A stretch of 64,000 nucleotides of DNA, from IMG/VR virus record IMGVR_UViG_3300033407_000004, positions 1 to 64,000 of that record; one strand, 5' to 3'. The position numbers were made by a program, and so were the translations under genes. The DNA is from a virus (taxonomy: Duplodnaviria; Caudoviricetes). Positions 26,682 through 36,546 of this stretch are shown piece by piece. The notes beneath the pieces are model-generated. The model ran no database searches, had not been told where the DNA came from, and was given only the letters and a program-made list of their open reading frames with translations. The stretch's first letter is position 1, and the number at the start of each line of letters is the position of its first letter.

Positions 26682-27872
26682 TTAAGTCGTTTTAGTGGGG
26701 TACAGCGAATTGTACTTGTTGCCGGCCTTCGATCCGTAATACATCCCGGCTGCCTGTGCGCCGAGATTAAGAAGCGTATTGATCTGATTCGGGAGAAAGT
26801 TGTTTTCCATGATGCTTGCGTTCGCATCCATGCCCGCCTCGTTGGTTTTTGCGCCTGCTACGCTGTTATTGCCCTGCATCCCCACATTGGCTATGTTCCA
26901 TGCGTTATTTGTGGTGTTATCTGCCGTGCGGTTTGCGCCGGTGCCGATAGCATTGGAAACCTGAAGATTCCCGCCCATGGTAGCGTTAAGAACATCCCTC
27001 CCGCCTTGAACCTCCACGTCACCTAATTTCATAGCGTTGTTGCTCTCGTTACTCTTGACCTTCCAAATATTTTCCGACTCGGCGCCTGCAAGTCCTGAGC
27101 GAGCGGTATTGAGAGAGCCGGTGGCTCCAAGCCCCTGAGTTGAAAGGCCCATGAGACGGTTCACCATAGCACTAAATTCTTGAGATCCAGCATGTTGACC
27201 ATAATCAATAAGGTCGGTCGCCGTTTTTCCGGAAAGGAGGTTCCCATTTCCGATAGCTGATCGCTCAAGTGTTTTTTGCCCTTGCTCCAGCCTCCACAAA
27301 TACGACGGATCAGTTTCCAGCGCGTTCTTTGCCGCTTCTTCCCCGTCAAATCCCATCAGCGCGTTGATCCTAGTATTCGCCTTTTGCCCTGTCTGTATCC
27401 AGGGGGCAAGGTTTTGGTGAATATCTTCATAAGCCGCCCTGAAAATAGCATTGCTCGTATCCGCGCCTTCCTGAATGGCCTTGTTTGATACGGCAATGGC
27501 GTTTTGCGTCGCGGTTATGGCATCGGCTTTTGACTTTTCGGCGGCGGCAATGTTCGCGGCGGTCGCTTCCTTCGCGGCCTTAATACTGTCTAGGTTTGCT
27601 TTGTCTTGGGCGTCAGAGGAAATCTTAGCCGCGTCTATCATGCCCTGATAGTTTTTGTCAGCAGCGTACTGTGCGGCAGAGGTTCCAGCGGCCCCCGCCT
27701 CGCGCATAGCCTGCGCATTTTTATCTGTTGCGTCTTTTGGGATGAAGTATAGCGGTTCGGCAAGACCTCCTGTCATGAGGTCCACCCCTACCCGTGTTAT
27801 ATCTTTAGTCTCTGTATTTTCATTGAAAGTGTCCTTAGCGTTGTTCCATTCTCTTTGTAAGCTGAAGCCCAT
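26682..27872 (-). CDS. DNA transfer (pilot) protein
   Basis: 'LAPWIQTG...DPSYLWRLEQGQKTLERSAIGNGNLLSGKT..LIDYGQ' typical of podophage DNA transfer proteins. Confidence 0.75.
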   Translation of the reverse strand: MGFSLQREWNNAKDTFNENTETKDITRVGVDLMTGGLAEPLYFIPKDATDKNAQAMREAGAAGTSAAQYAADKNYQGMIDAAKISSDAQDKANLDSIKAAKEATAANIAAAEKSKADAITATQNAIAVSNKAIQEGADTSNAIFRAAYEDIHQNLAPWIQTGQKANTRINALMGFDGEEAAKNALETDPSYLWRLEQGQKTLERSAIGNGNLLSGKTATDLIDYGQHAGSQEFSAMVNRLMGLSTQGLGATGSLNTARSGLAGAESENIWKVKSNESNNAMKLGDVEVQGGRDVLNATMGGNLQVSNAIGTGANRTADNTTNNAWNIANVGMQGNNSVAGAKTNEAGMDANASIMENNFLPNQINTLLNLGAQAAGMYYGSKAGNKYNSLYPTKTT

Positions 27873-27882
27873 AACTCACCCC

Positions 27883-28167
27883 CTAGTGGACAATTTTCCT
27901 GAAATCACCAGTTCTATACTCATCCCCCACAATCAACCCAGCCGCCAGCGCCGCCGCATTGTCGGCATGTTCCGGCACCCCTTGAACATTGAACGGCTCC
28001 GAGAACGTCAGTTTGCTGTCTCGCAGGGAGAGGTAGCGGAAAAAGTTTTCCAACTTTCCGAACCATGGAAGCCAGCGTTCGTAAAGGCGATATGACTTCT
28101 CGCCGTTTTCACTTACTGCGATAGGCATTCTTGGGTCTATTTTGGGGAATTTTTCTACCGTTGCCAT
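27883..28167 (-). CDS. Small tail-associated protein (needle/plug position)
   Basis: Synteny after gp10-like gene; 'ADNAAALAAGL' fiber-like motif. Confidence 0.4.
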   Translation of the reverse strand: MATVEKFPKIDPRMPIAVSENGEKSYRLYERWLPWFGKLENFFRYLSLRDSKLTFSEPFNVQGVPEHADNAAALAAGLIVGDEYRTGDFRKIVH

Positions 28168-28175
28168 GGTTACTC

Positions 28176-29585
28176 CTATCCGATGTTCGCGTAAGCTCCA
28201 ATTATGTTACACTGAACCGAATCCGATACCGTGATTCTGAACGTCCAACCGTTCCGAGATTGACCCAACTGATGCCACTCAGCGCGGGCGCTGTACTCTC
28301 CGATTTTACCGATTGTGCGCCAGCCCATATCGATAAAGGTATGACCACCGTCTCGGGAAACCTCCAACATGCACAGCGGGTCCGACCCCTGCCCCGTCAC
28401 AAGTCCCACACCCGGCTCGAAGTCTATGTGCAGCTTGTTGATCCTAAGCGGGAGGCCGTTGCTTGTCAAATGCTGGGTCGTCCGCTGCTTGATAACCGGA
28501 TCGCCCGTATCGCTGTACGCTCCAAAACCAACCTTGTAAAGTTTTCCAGTGGTCGTATCACCCATTACATGTTCACCATTCAAAACGCAGTGATAGGCCG
28601 CCTTGAAACTGTCATACCCATAGGACCGCCACTCAGCCCACAGCCCGGTTGCCGCATCAAACACCCACGTCGCCCCGCCGGTCGGGAAGGTGAACCCGAT
28701 GAACGTATGACCCTCAAGCGTGAAGCTCCACCCGATGCAGTCTGAGATGGTGGAATACTGCCCGATCTGGTAGTCGATGGCAGGAGTAGATACTTTGGCC
28801 GGCACACCTCCTGTTGAGCGCACAATGCCGTAGAAGCCCTCTCCGTTCTGTCCCGGCCAGTACAGGGCATTGTCGGCGGCAATGGCTCCCCAGCGAGCAC
28901 CAAGGCCGATGTTATCCCGCTGCCTGGGGAGGAAAGGGAAGCCTGTAGCCCCGACGTTGGCATAGTTGTAAATCTCGTTCGTGCTGATCCCCATCAAATG
29001 CAGGTCGCTATGAATCGCCATGACCCTTACCAAGTCGTCCGGGTCGCCCTCGGCGGTCGCTACGTCCAGCCCGCTCCATGAGGTGAAATCCCTGATGCCG
29101 CTTGACTGAGCGATGCCGGAATTCAGCTTATTCGTGACTCCAAACTGGTCGATGAAGCATATACTGTCTCCCCCCAAGCACCCGCCGCCGACTGCCGCGA
29201 AGGCGGTAGAACTCAGGGTGTAACTGTAGAGCTTCGTTCCGTCAGCCATGCCGATTTGGAGGCCGTTCCATGCCAGTTCGACCGTCCCGGAATTGGTGTC
29301 CAGCGTCCCTCGCAACGTCGGCTGTCCGTCCGGGCGCACTTCCCAGAAGTTCGAGCCTTGTACCGTGTAGATATTCCCGTCTACTGAAATCTCACCCCTG
29401 ATAGGCGCGGCACCCAGGTTCACCAGCACGGACTTGAGCACGGGACGGCCCATGAGGGATAGGACGGCTTTTCCTCCTGCCCGATCGACAAGATGGCAAA
29501 GGTTGACGCATGTCTGGGCGTTCAATCCTTTGGCCGGACCTTCGTATGCAGGCCCGGCTATGGAAATTGGGATAGTCTTCCCCAT
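28176..29585 (-). CDS. P22 gp10-like packaged-DNA stabilization / tail hub protein
   Basis: 469 aa beta-propeller-like; 'ATAEGDPDDLV', 'TWVFDAATGLWAE', 'LEVSRDGGHTF..GKIGEY'. Confidence 0.8.
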   Translation of the reverse strand: MGKTIPISIAGPAYEGPAKGLNAQTCVNLCHLVDRAGGKAVLSLMGRPVLKSVLVNLGAAPIRGEISVDGNIYTVQGSNFWEVRPDGQPTLRGTLDTNSGTVELAWNGLQIGMADGTKLYSYTLSSTAFAAVGGGCLGGDSICFIDQFGVTNKLNSGIAQSSGIRDFTSWSGLDVATAEGDPDDLVRVMAIHSDLHLMGISTNEIYNYANVGATGFPFLPRQRDNIGLGARWGAIAADNALYWPGQNGEGFYGIVRSTGGVPAKVSTPAIDYQIGQYSTISDCIGWSFTLEGHTFIGFTFPTGGATWVFDAATGLWAEWRSYGYDSFKAAYHCVLNGEHVMGDTTTGKLYKVGFGAYSDTGDPVIKQRTTQHLTSNGLPLRINKLHIDFEPGVGLVTGQGSDPLCMLEVSRDGGHTFIDMGWRTIGKIGEYSARAEWHQLGQSRNGWTFRITVSDSVQCNIIGAYANIG

Positions 29586-30337
29586 CAGCTTTCAAACGGC
29601 ACATTCCAGCCGCCACCTGAAGACCCCTTGCTGAACATCGGAACGCTCATGTTTTTCCTCACCGGCTGAACATGCTTCATTTGCAGCCGAGCCCTGATCT
29701 GCTGAAGCATTGCCGCAACCACCGGCGGGACAGCCTCCCCGTGCTTCGGCGCCAACCGGATGGTCAGTTCACAGGAAAGAAGCTCTTTGTAGCCTGCTGG
29801 GAATGAAACTTCGGTCGTCAGGTCGGCAAAGCTCGTGAACGGCTTGAAACTCGCAACATGCAGCGTCAGCCCGGATATCGGCGGAGAATAGAGATAAATG
29901 CGCCCGAGAGGATACTGAGGGTCATAGTAAAGATATTCAGGATGAGAGCTTATGCCTGAACCTGATTTTTGGAAAAGAGTCCGGTACTCCTCGCGGGCCA
30001 TCGGCAGCAAGTATCTATCCTGATCGTCGGCGTCTCGCGTGAAGCAGCTCCGAGCCTCGATGCTATCCGGCCGCGTCGTGTTGAAATCCCCGTTCGCCCC
30101 GATGGTGTACGACTCCTGATCGGCGGTGAGCGCGAAGCTCTCAAGCGTGAGGTACGGGATCATCAGGCCGTCAACACTCAGGGTATCCAGCATGAAGTTT
30201 AGCGTCCGCAAGGTGTTCGTCGCCAAGTTCGCGCTCAGGGGTTGCTCAGGGTGGACTACGCCTATATTTTCGAGCGCCTCCTGACATATATCATTGGCGG
30301 TCGTGCTCTGTAGTGGGGTAAGTTCGATGGTTGACAT
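29585..30337 (-). CDS. P22 gp4-like head-to-tail adaptor
   Basis: 'TTANDICQEALENIGV', 'LNFMLDTL', 'FPAGYKELL...LTIRLAP'. Confidence 0.75.
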   Translation of the reverse strand: MSTIELTPLQSTTANDICQEALENIGVVHPEQPLSANLATNTLRTLNFMLDTLSVDGLMIPYLTLESFALTADQESYTIGANGDFNTTRPDSIEARSCFTRDADDQDRYLLPMAREEYRTLFQKSGSGISSHPEYLYYDPQYPLGRIYLYSPPISGLTLHVASFKPFTSFADLTTEVSFPAGYKELLSCELTIRLAPKHGEAVPPVVAAMLQQIRARLQMKHVQPVRKNMSVPMFSKGSSGGGWNVPFES

Positions 30338-30346
30338 GCGTTCTCC

Positions 30347-30886
30347 CTACATGCGCCCTATTACGCGCCATGTGCCCGACCTCGCGGCCCACACAAACCC
30401 CTCGGTTTGGAGGCTCAACGTCGCATCCTGCTCGAAATCGGCGTCACCGGTCAAAGCTACGGTGTATTCAGAAGTGTCGATCTTCTTGAACGCGAAAGAA
30501 TCGCTTTCGCTCACTCCTGCGATGTCCGGCATGGTGTGTGATTGGTTACCCGTGGTGCAGTCGCAATCGTAATATCCGCCTTCGGTAATCGCCGTGCTCT
30601 CGGTTAGAGTTTCGATGGAGTCCCCGCCCGTGGTGATCTGGAAATTGCGCTCCCACTCCTCCTGATACGATCCGTGGACAAACTTGGCGTCGTAGAATCC
30701 AGCGGCCAGGAAACAGCTTGCAACTCCGTTGGCGTCGGTAGTCAACGGGTTGGACAAGTCCCCTCCTGACGCGCTGCTATAGAGCGTGGCCTCGGTGTCC
30801 GTGCCGGTCTCGTAGATATAGACCGCTACCCCTTCAATGCCGGCTCCGCTGCTCTGGACAGTGAATGTCTTGACGCCGTAGGGCAT
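30347..30886 (-). CDS. Virion protein with head-binding-like N-domain (no signal peptide)
   Basis: 'VAVYIYETGT..ATLYSS...NPLTTDANG..FLAAGFYD'. Confidence 0.55.
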   Translation of the reverse strand: MPYGVKTFTVQSSGAGIEGVAVYIYETGTDTEATLYSSASGGDLSNPLTTDANGVASCFLAAGFYDAKFVHGSYQEEWERNFQITTGGDSIETLTESTAITEGGYYDCDCTTGNQSHTMPDIAGVSESDSFAFKKIDTSEYTVALTGDADFEQDATLSLQTEGFVWAARSGTWRVIGRM

Positions 30887-31243
30887 TTATTTTCCCTTTC
30901 GCCGCATAGACATGGCGATTCTGCTCTCCGTGTCCGTTTTGTCGCTGGCGTAGTCGCCGTCGCCGTCACAGGACAGAGAGGTGATCTGCAGCTCGACGGA
31001 CCGGTCCTTTTTGCCGCCAGACAGGTCATTGGATCTCACAGAGATAACTTTCGCCTTCGCCATGATCTCAACTTCCTCGTCAGGCTTGTAGCTCATGACG
31101 TGTTCGAGCTTGGCTACCTGCTCTTCGCTGAGGCTGATGCGGAGGCCGTAGGGGTACGATTCCTGCTCCATCGATGCAGGAGTAGTCATATTCATGTGTT
31201 CTTTTTTTGACTTTTTCGGGAGCATCATGCTAACCATCTTCAT
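30887..31243 (-). CDS. Capsid staple-like protein
   Basis: AGGAG RBS, MKMVSM...'YPYGLRISLSEEQVAKL'...'VELQITSL'. Confidence 0.6.
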   Translation of the reverse strand: MKMVSMMLPKKSKKEHMNMTTPASMEQESYPYGLRISLSEEQVAKLEHVMSYKPDEEVEIMAKAKVISVRSNDLSGGKKDRSVELQITSLSCDGDGDYASDKTDTESRIAMSMRRKGK

Positions 31244-31608
31244 GCGTCTTCTCCTTTCGGCTCCGGCCTGTGCCACCGTGCATCGTCGCTCATGTACCAG
31301 CCGACCGTATCCACCGTGCTTTCCCATCCTTCAGGGATGAAGTCTCCCCTGCGGAAAAGCCTCGGTTCTTCCGTCACGTGATAGCGGTAGCAGTCGGCAA
31401 CGGAGTAGACGTTTGTGGCTCCGATGTTGGGCTTTTTCGGCTGTTCCTGTGTTTCAACTGCTACTTCTCCAACCGTCTCGACAACCTCATCCGATTGATT
31501 GACGGTACTGGTTACGTCTTCCGCAACCGTTTCTGTAACCGCCGCATCGGTTTCAGCGGCCTCGATTTCTGCTTTGCTTCTTCTTCCCGGTCTTCCTGGT
31601 CCTGCCAT
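31240..31608 (-). CDS. Hypothetical head-module protein
   Basis: Packed ORF with acidic linker. Confidence 0.5.
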   Translation of the reverse strand: MAGPGRPGRRSKAEIEAAETDAAVTETVAEDVTSTVNQSDEVVETVGEVAVETQEQPKKPNIGATNVYSVADCYRYHVTEEPRLFRRGDFIPEGWESTVDTVGWYMSDDARWHRPEPKGEDA

Positions 31609-31626
31609 TTGCTTGCCCTCCCTTTA

Positions 31627-32154
31627 TTACGGCGTACACGTTGCCGCCGTGATTAATCCGTTGACGATAGTGAGGGATACGCTTGTCCCTTCACAGCTTC
31701 CCGTAAGTGCACCTGAAAACAGGTCTGCCGTTGTTCCCGTGCCGCCGCTTGAAGCCGCTAAGGCCGTGGTGAACGTCGTTGCCCCAGTAAACGTATTGTC
31801 CCCGCTCCATGCGTTCGTGCCTGACAGCGACGGCGCCGCAATGACTGTCGCCATGTTTGCCTGAGTCGTCATCCCGGCCTTATCGAGAAAAATATTGTAG
31901 GTGCCTTCCTCGATGTAGAATTCATACGTTCCTGTAGCACTTGCACTTGCCGGGCTTCCAAGCTGGATATTGCCAGCGGCATCGGAATAGATCGTTGCCG
32001 GCGTTCCGGTCCCGCTGATGAAGACTGATACGGCCGCTCCCTTCGCGGTAGCCCCATTTGAGGCCGTTCCTGAGTATTTGACGATTGCCGATTGCGCGGT
32101 AAACGCCATGGTCAAGACTGTGATCAATGCGAACAAAAAGATTTTCTTTTTCAT
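31627..32154 (-). CDS. Signal-peptide virion protein with head-binding-like domain
   Basis: MKKKIFLFALITVLTMAFTAQSA; 'VSVFISGTGTPATIYSDAAG...GTYEFYIEEGTYNI'. Confidence 0.6.
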   Translation of the reverse strand: MKKKIFLFALITVLTMAFTAQSAIVKYSGTASNGATAKGAAVSVFISGTGTPATIYSDAAGNIQLGSPASASATGTYEFYIEEGTYNIFLDKAGMTTQANMATVIAAPSLSGTNAWSGDNTFTGATTFTTALAASSGGTGTTADLFSGALTGSCEGTSVSLTIVNGLITAATCTP

Positions 32155-33344
32155 ACCTGCCCTCCTAGTTCAACGTATGCGATTGTTCCCGCTATTTTTA
32201 TTCGATTATCAAACGCCTCATCAACGGCCTTTTTCACTCCGGGCCAACTGCCGTTGTTGTAATAATCGTGAATCACCATGACTTTTCTTGTTTTTGGCAA
32301 CCATGCTTTGATATCAGCCTTGCAGCCCTCGTAAGAGTGGTCGCCGTCGATGAAAACCATGTCGGCGGTGTCTTGCACCAACTTCGCCGCATCAAGGCTC
32401 GGCATCTTCATTTTCACAAGGTTCTGGTAGTGGCCTACATTTTTATCAAACTCAGCCTCAACATCCTGCGATGCGGCCAGGTCCTTGATCGTATCGGAAC
32501 CCTTCCAGTGATCGACGGCAAATACGGTTCCCTTGCAGGATTCAAGCAATGCCTTCGTGCTCCGGCCCTTCCATGATCCGACCTCAACGACCGACTGTGA
32601 TTTTGAGGCGAGGTCTTTGAGTAGCCCCAATTCCTCCGTGCTCATCCAGCCGTCAATTCCGCCATCCTCGGCTTTGTCGGTTACGGTTACGGGCGTGCCA
32701 ATCAGCTTTTTCGCTGTCTCAAAATGATCGAGGGTAAACGTATGCTTCCCGATATGTCCCATTGAAATTGTCGGGTCAAACCAAAGTTCAAAGCCCAACT
32801 GCTTTGTGCGCCAACAAAATGCAGGATCTTCGCGGAGCATGTTAGGCTTTCCGTAGTTCAGGAAATTGAATGGCCTCCCGAGTTCTTTTTCAACTTCAGG
32901 CGTAAACGCATCCATTACTTTTCGGGATATCAGCAAAAGGCCGCAGCCGGTAGCGTCGGCCGTAAATGGTTCTTTTGGGATTTCTGTTCTGTTTTTTATG
33001 AGTCCATTGTGGGTGAAATCGTATACGAGCGGCCTGTTCGGGTAATGGCGCATCACGTAAACTCCGGACACGATGTCTTTCCCGAGTGAAGTCATGCGCT
33101 CGAATACGTTAAAATTGCAGTTGAAATTATTGTCTGAGTCCATGAAGAGCAACCAGTCTGAATCAAAGGCTTTCGCCTCATCCCAACACTGGTTTCGGGC
33201 GTCGTCTATGTAGCAGGTCTGAGGCCCGACGAGGTTAACCTTGCTCCCCGTCTGCGTAACGATCTGCATGAGCGACATGACCATTTCGGCCTTGAAATCA
33301 TCACGATTTGGCACGGCGATAGTGCATCTTTTTTCTTTTGCCAA
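32151..33344 (-). CDS. Glycosyltransferase (GT-A/GT2-like) fused to class I SAM methyltransferase (Methyltransf_24-like)
   Basis: TTG start 33344 after GAGG; 'WLLFMDSD', 'DATGCGLLLI', 'REDPAFC'; 'VVEVGSWKGRS', 'VFIDGDHSYE', 'HDY'. Confidence 0.85.
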   Translation of the reverse strand: MAKEKRCTIAVPNRDDFKAEMVMSLMQIVTQTGSKVNLVGPQTCYIDDARNQCWDEAKAFDSDWLLFMDSDNNFNCNFNVFERMTSLGKDIVSGVYVMRHYPNRPLVYDFTHNGLIKNRTEIPKEPFTADATGCGLLLISRKVMDAFTPEVEKELGRPFNFLNYGKPNMLREDPAFCWRTKQLGFELWFDPTISMGHIGKHTFTLDHFETAKKLIGTPVTVTDKAEDGGIDGWMSTEELGLLKDLASKSQSVVEVGSWKGRSTKALLESCKGTVFAVDHWKGSDTIKDLAASQDVEAEFDKNVGHYQNLVKMKMPSLDAAKLVQDTADMVFIDGDHSYEGCKADIKAWLPKTRKVMVIHDYYNNGSWPGVKKAVDEAFDNRIKIAGTIAYVELGGQV

Positions 33345-33417
33345 TGGAGTCCTCTTAAGAATGCGCCCCGGCTGCCAGGAGGATAACAGCCGGAGCGCCA
33401 AGTGTTCAGCCTAAAGT

Positions 33418-34104
33418 CTAAGCCTGTGAAGTGAGCGTCTGCGTGCTGAGAAGGATCACAACACGAGAGTTGCCGTCCGTGGCGGACGACTCCACCGTGA
33501 GGAGATCCCCGATGGCCATCTGGGGAGTTACGAGAGTCGTGGAGCTCACTGCCGCCCCCGCATCCGTCCCTTTTGCGATGGTGCTCACCGTTCCGTTGGT
33601 GTTTTTGATGAGAATATTGCCTGCCGTCGCATCCAGCGCGTAAGAGACGACTGAGACAATCGTTCCGACCACCGGGCAGCCGGTTGCGTCAATGACGTTC
33701 TGCGCTGTCGTTCCGGAGGTCTCTTTGACCAGAGTAATGACATTCCTCAGACCCGCCGGGATCGGAGACGGCCAGAGGATTTCCCAGTCGGTCTTGCCCT
33801 CGTCTGATGCGATGATAAGAGACTCCCCCGGCTGGAGGTCGATGGAGGCGCGGCCCCCGATGGTGTTCCCCGTCCCTGCGGCAACTGTTCCGACCGCCGT
33901 CGCGTGGACGTTCTCGAAGCCGAGCACCTTTTTGCTGCTCGTGGTCCCCAGAAGCGTGGAGAGCACAAACAGCGTCATGGTGTACGCGCCGTTGATGTTG
34001 ACTTTCTCGTCTGTGGCGAGAACCGTATAATTCTCCGCCTTGGTGGTGATCGCCCTGAAGTTCTGCGTCAGGTCAGCGAACATTGAAATACCTGATTTGC
34101 TCAT
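33418..34104 (-). CDS. Putative capsid decoration/cement protein
   Basis: Immediately downstream of coat gene; Thr/Ala-rich beta structure. Confidence 0.5.
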   Translation of the reverse strand: MSKSGISMFADLTQNFRAITTKAENYTVLATDEKVNINGAYTMTLFVLSTLLGTTSSKKVLGFENVHATAVGTVAAGTGNTIGGRASIDLQPGESLIIASDEGKTDWEILWPSPIPAGLRNVITLVKETSGTTAQNVIDATGCPVVGTIVSVVSYALDATAGNILIKNTNGTVSTIAKGTDAGAAVSSTTLVTPQMAIGDLLTVESSATDGNSRVVILLSTQTLTSQA

Positions 34105-34147
34105 TTTGAATATTCTCCTTTCTGGTTATTGTAAATAAATCAACTGT

Positions 34148-35392
34148 TTACCCGGTGATTCTGGCGACACAGTCACGGTACGGATCGAAGATGTTCACCC
34201 CGAACGCCATGTCCACGCGCTTGATCGTCTCGTAGTTCATGATGTCGCCGCCGGTCGAGAACGTCAGGCTGATGCCCTTGTACGAGCGTGTGATGGACTT
34301 GGTGACGCCTTCGAGGGGCGCAATCGGGACCGTCACGAGGCCGATGGAGTTCTTCCACCACGCCAGATTCTGAGCATAGGCGGTCGAGGCCGTACCGGTT
34401 GTCACCGTGACGATTGCATCATCGGGAATGCCTGTGAGATCAGCCGTGGCGCCGGTGATGTTCTTGAATGCGCCGGACGGAATGACCGGGGGATAGATGG
34501 TGACATCTCCTTCATTGCTCGACGCGGTCGCGGTGTCCTGCACGGTGAACTTGCGGAGCTGGCCCGTGCTCCTGCCAGTGACAGGGTTGACTCCGTAGAC
34601 GCCCGCAACGTTGAACGTGTCACCGCGCAAAAGCGTCGTGCCCGTCGTCCAGGTGTCAAGGTGTATGATGCTCCCAACCTGCGGGACCGGGTTGTCGGTC
34701 AGGATGTTCGAGCCCGTGCTCGTCCTGCTGCCGGTCGTGTGCGAGGTGACGTAATTGGCCTCACGCACGTCAAATCCGGCTACCGGAGCGATATTGCCGG
34801 TCTTGTACTGGTCTGACAGGGTATTTGCCGGGTTGAATACGGCCACCATGCCGTTGCCGTACTTGCGGGCCGCTGACGGGTCGATGTAGCAAACCCGGTC
34901 TTGCTTCGGTGTCTCGTAGAGGCTCAGGACTTCGCGAGCCGCCAACAGAGGATCGTTGGTCGTGATGCCCGTACCTGGAGTGCCGACGTGATTGCCGGCC
35001 TTGTAGTACAGGTCGAAGATCGCCGTCTCCACGTCCGAGATCAGGGGCGCGGTTATCGGTTTGATGTTCTCATCGGCCCAGAGATCAAGCTCTTTGGCGT
35101 TGTTGAATGTTTTCTCTTCGCCGGTGATCTTGATCGGGATGGTTGACCACCTGTCGATGGTGAACGGCGTCAGTCCGAAATTGGTACTCTGCACCGTGGA
35201 AATGACCGGGCCTGCCTGGCTCCGATACCTCGGGGGGTTCTTGATCTGGAGAGTCTTGCCGATACTCTCCTTGGTCATGGCGAACTGTGATTCATACTGG
35301 CGATTGACGTTGTTTGTAACGTCGCTGCCCTCGAACAGAAATTCGAGCATTTTATCCGCGATATATGCGGGTGTGGGTAATACGTTGGGCAT
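34148..35392 (-). CDS. Major capsid protein, P22 coat family
   Basis: 'VNRQYESQF..IGKTLQIKNPPRY', 'RVDMAFGV'; follows scaffold. Confidence 0.9.
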   Translation of the reverse strand: MPNVLPTPAYIADKMLEFLFEGSDVTNNVNRQYESQFAMTKESIGKTLQIKNPPRYRSQAGPVISTVQSTNFGLTPFTIDRWSTIPIKITGEEKTFNNAKELDLWADENIKPITAPLISDVETAIFDLYYKAGNHVGTPGTGITTNDPLLAAREVLSLYETPKQDRVCYIDPSAARKYGNGMVAVFNPANTLSDQYKTGNIAPVAGFDVREANYVTSHTTGSRTSTGSNILTDNPVPQVGSIIHLDTWTTGTTLLRGDTFNVAGVYGVNPVTGRSTGQLRKFTVQDTATASSNEGDVTIYPPVIPSGAFKNITGATADLTGIPDDAIVTVTTGTASTAYAQNLAWWKNSIGLVTVPIAPLEGVTKSITRSYKGISLTFSTGGDIMNYETIKRVDMAFGVNIFDPYRDCVARITG

Positions 35393-35412
35393 GTTATGCG
35401 TCTCCTTTCATG

Positions 35413-36492
35413 TTATGACGCTCGGGCCTTAGCCTTTCGCGCCAGTGATCGTTCAATTCTTTCTTCCGTGCTGATTTTTTCTGAGGAGTAGTATGCGTCG
35501 TCCTCAATCGGTGCTCCACCTCTTACTTCCGTGATCGGCTCCGGCGCCCCGCTCACCCTCGGGGTCTTGCCAGTGATGATGGCGTCCAACTTCCCCATTT
35601 CCAGCACTTGTGCTGCCGAGCTAGGCTCGCCATCGGGTGTCTTCAGGTTTGCGATTTTCTGGCTGATGTCCGGGTGGTCGCTCAAAAACTTCAGCGTGTC
35701 CGCCGATACAACCCCGTCGAAAATCGCGTCCCGCATAGGCTTGGTCAGCGAAAATTCACCTTTTGCCGCTCTGTCGCTGATTGCCGCCGCTGCCTCTTTC
35801 CCGTGTTTCTTGGCTACCGCATCCAGGACCGCATCACGCCGCTTCACAAGCTTGTCCGTAGCCTCCTGCTGAAGCCTTTCGGCGGTCTGCTTCTCCGTCT
35901 CTCCGCGCTGCCGCTGCGCCTCTGCCGACTGCTGCTTGGCCTTTTTGCTGTCCCGAACCTCATCGCGTTGATCCAGCCATGCCTGAAAATCCTGTTGGTA
36001 CAGCTTGGGATCTTCATAGTCCGAGATGTCAGGCATCGTCGGGATTTCGGTAGCCGTCTCGGCGACTTCAGCCTGCGCCGTCTTCTCAGCCTCTTTTTGC
36101 GTCAGGCCAATTTCCTTCAGAGCTTCCACGCGGCCCTTGAGGTAGGCGTTTTCCTCCCGGAGTTTTGCGGCTTCGGCCTCTTTCTCCTTGGCAGACCCTT
36201 TGGCCGCTGAGATTTTCTTGTTGATGCGCTCCTGAGACTTGGGGTCGAGCTTCTTGATGATCTCTTCAGCGTCCTGCTCAGGCTCATCATCTTTCGGGGC
36301 CTCTTTCTGCTCACCGGCCTGCCGCGCCGCTTCCAGGTCTTCGGCTGATAAGACCCCAGCTTCTTCGGCGGGCGTCTCCTTTGCTGCCGGTGCGGTCTGT
36401 TCCGCTGTTGTCTGTTCGTTGTTGTCTTCACTCTGCTGCCCGGCTTGTGAGTCGGCGGTTGCCGTACCGTCTGTCAATGTGTTTGCGTCCAT
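35413..36492 (-). CDS. Scaffolding protein
   Basis: Acidic low-complexity N-terminus, coiled coil, 'QVLEMGKLD..SGAPEPI', basic tail; precedes coat gene. Confidence 0.75.
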   Translation of the reverse strand: MDANTLTDGTATADSQAGQQSEDNNEQTTAEQTAPAAKETPAEEAGVLSAEDLEAARQAGEQKEAPKDDEPEQDAEEIIKKLDPKSQERINKKISAAKGSAKEKEAEAAKLREENAYLKGRVEALKEIGLTQKEAEKTAQAEVAETATEIPTMPDISDYEDPKLYQQDFQAWLDQRDEVRDSKKAKQQSAEAQRQRGETEKQTAERLQQEATDKLVKRRDAVLDAVAKKHGKEAAAAISDRAAKGEFSLTKPMRDAIFDGVVSADTLKFLSDHPDISQKIANLKTPDGEPSSAAQVLEMGKLDAIITGKTPRVSGAPEPITEVRGGAPIEDDAYYSSEKISTEERIERSLARKAKARAS

Positions 36493-36546
36493 GTGGGTCT
36501 CCTTCGTGTGTTGCCCGGATTTACCCCTCCGTGGGGAATTTTGAGC

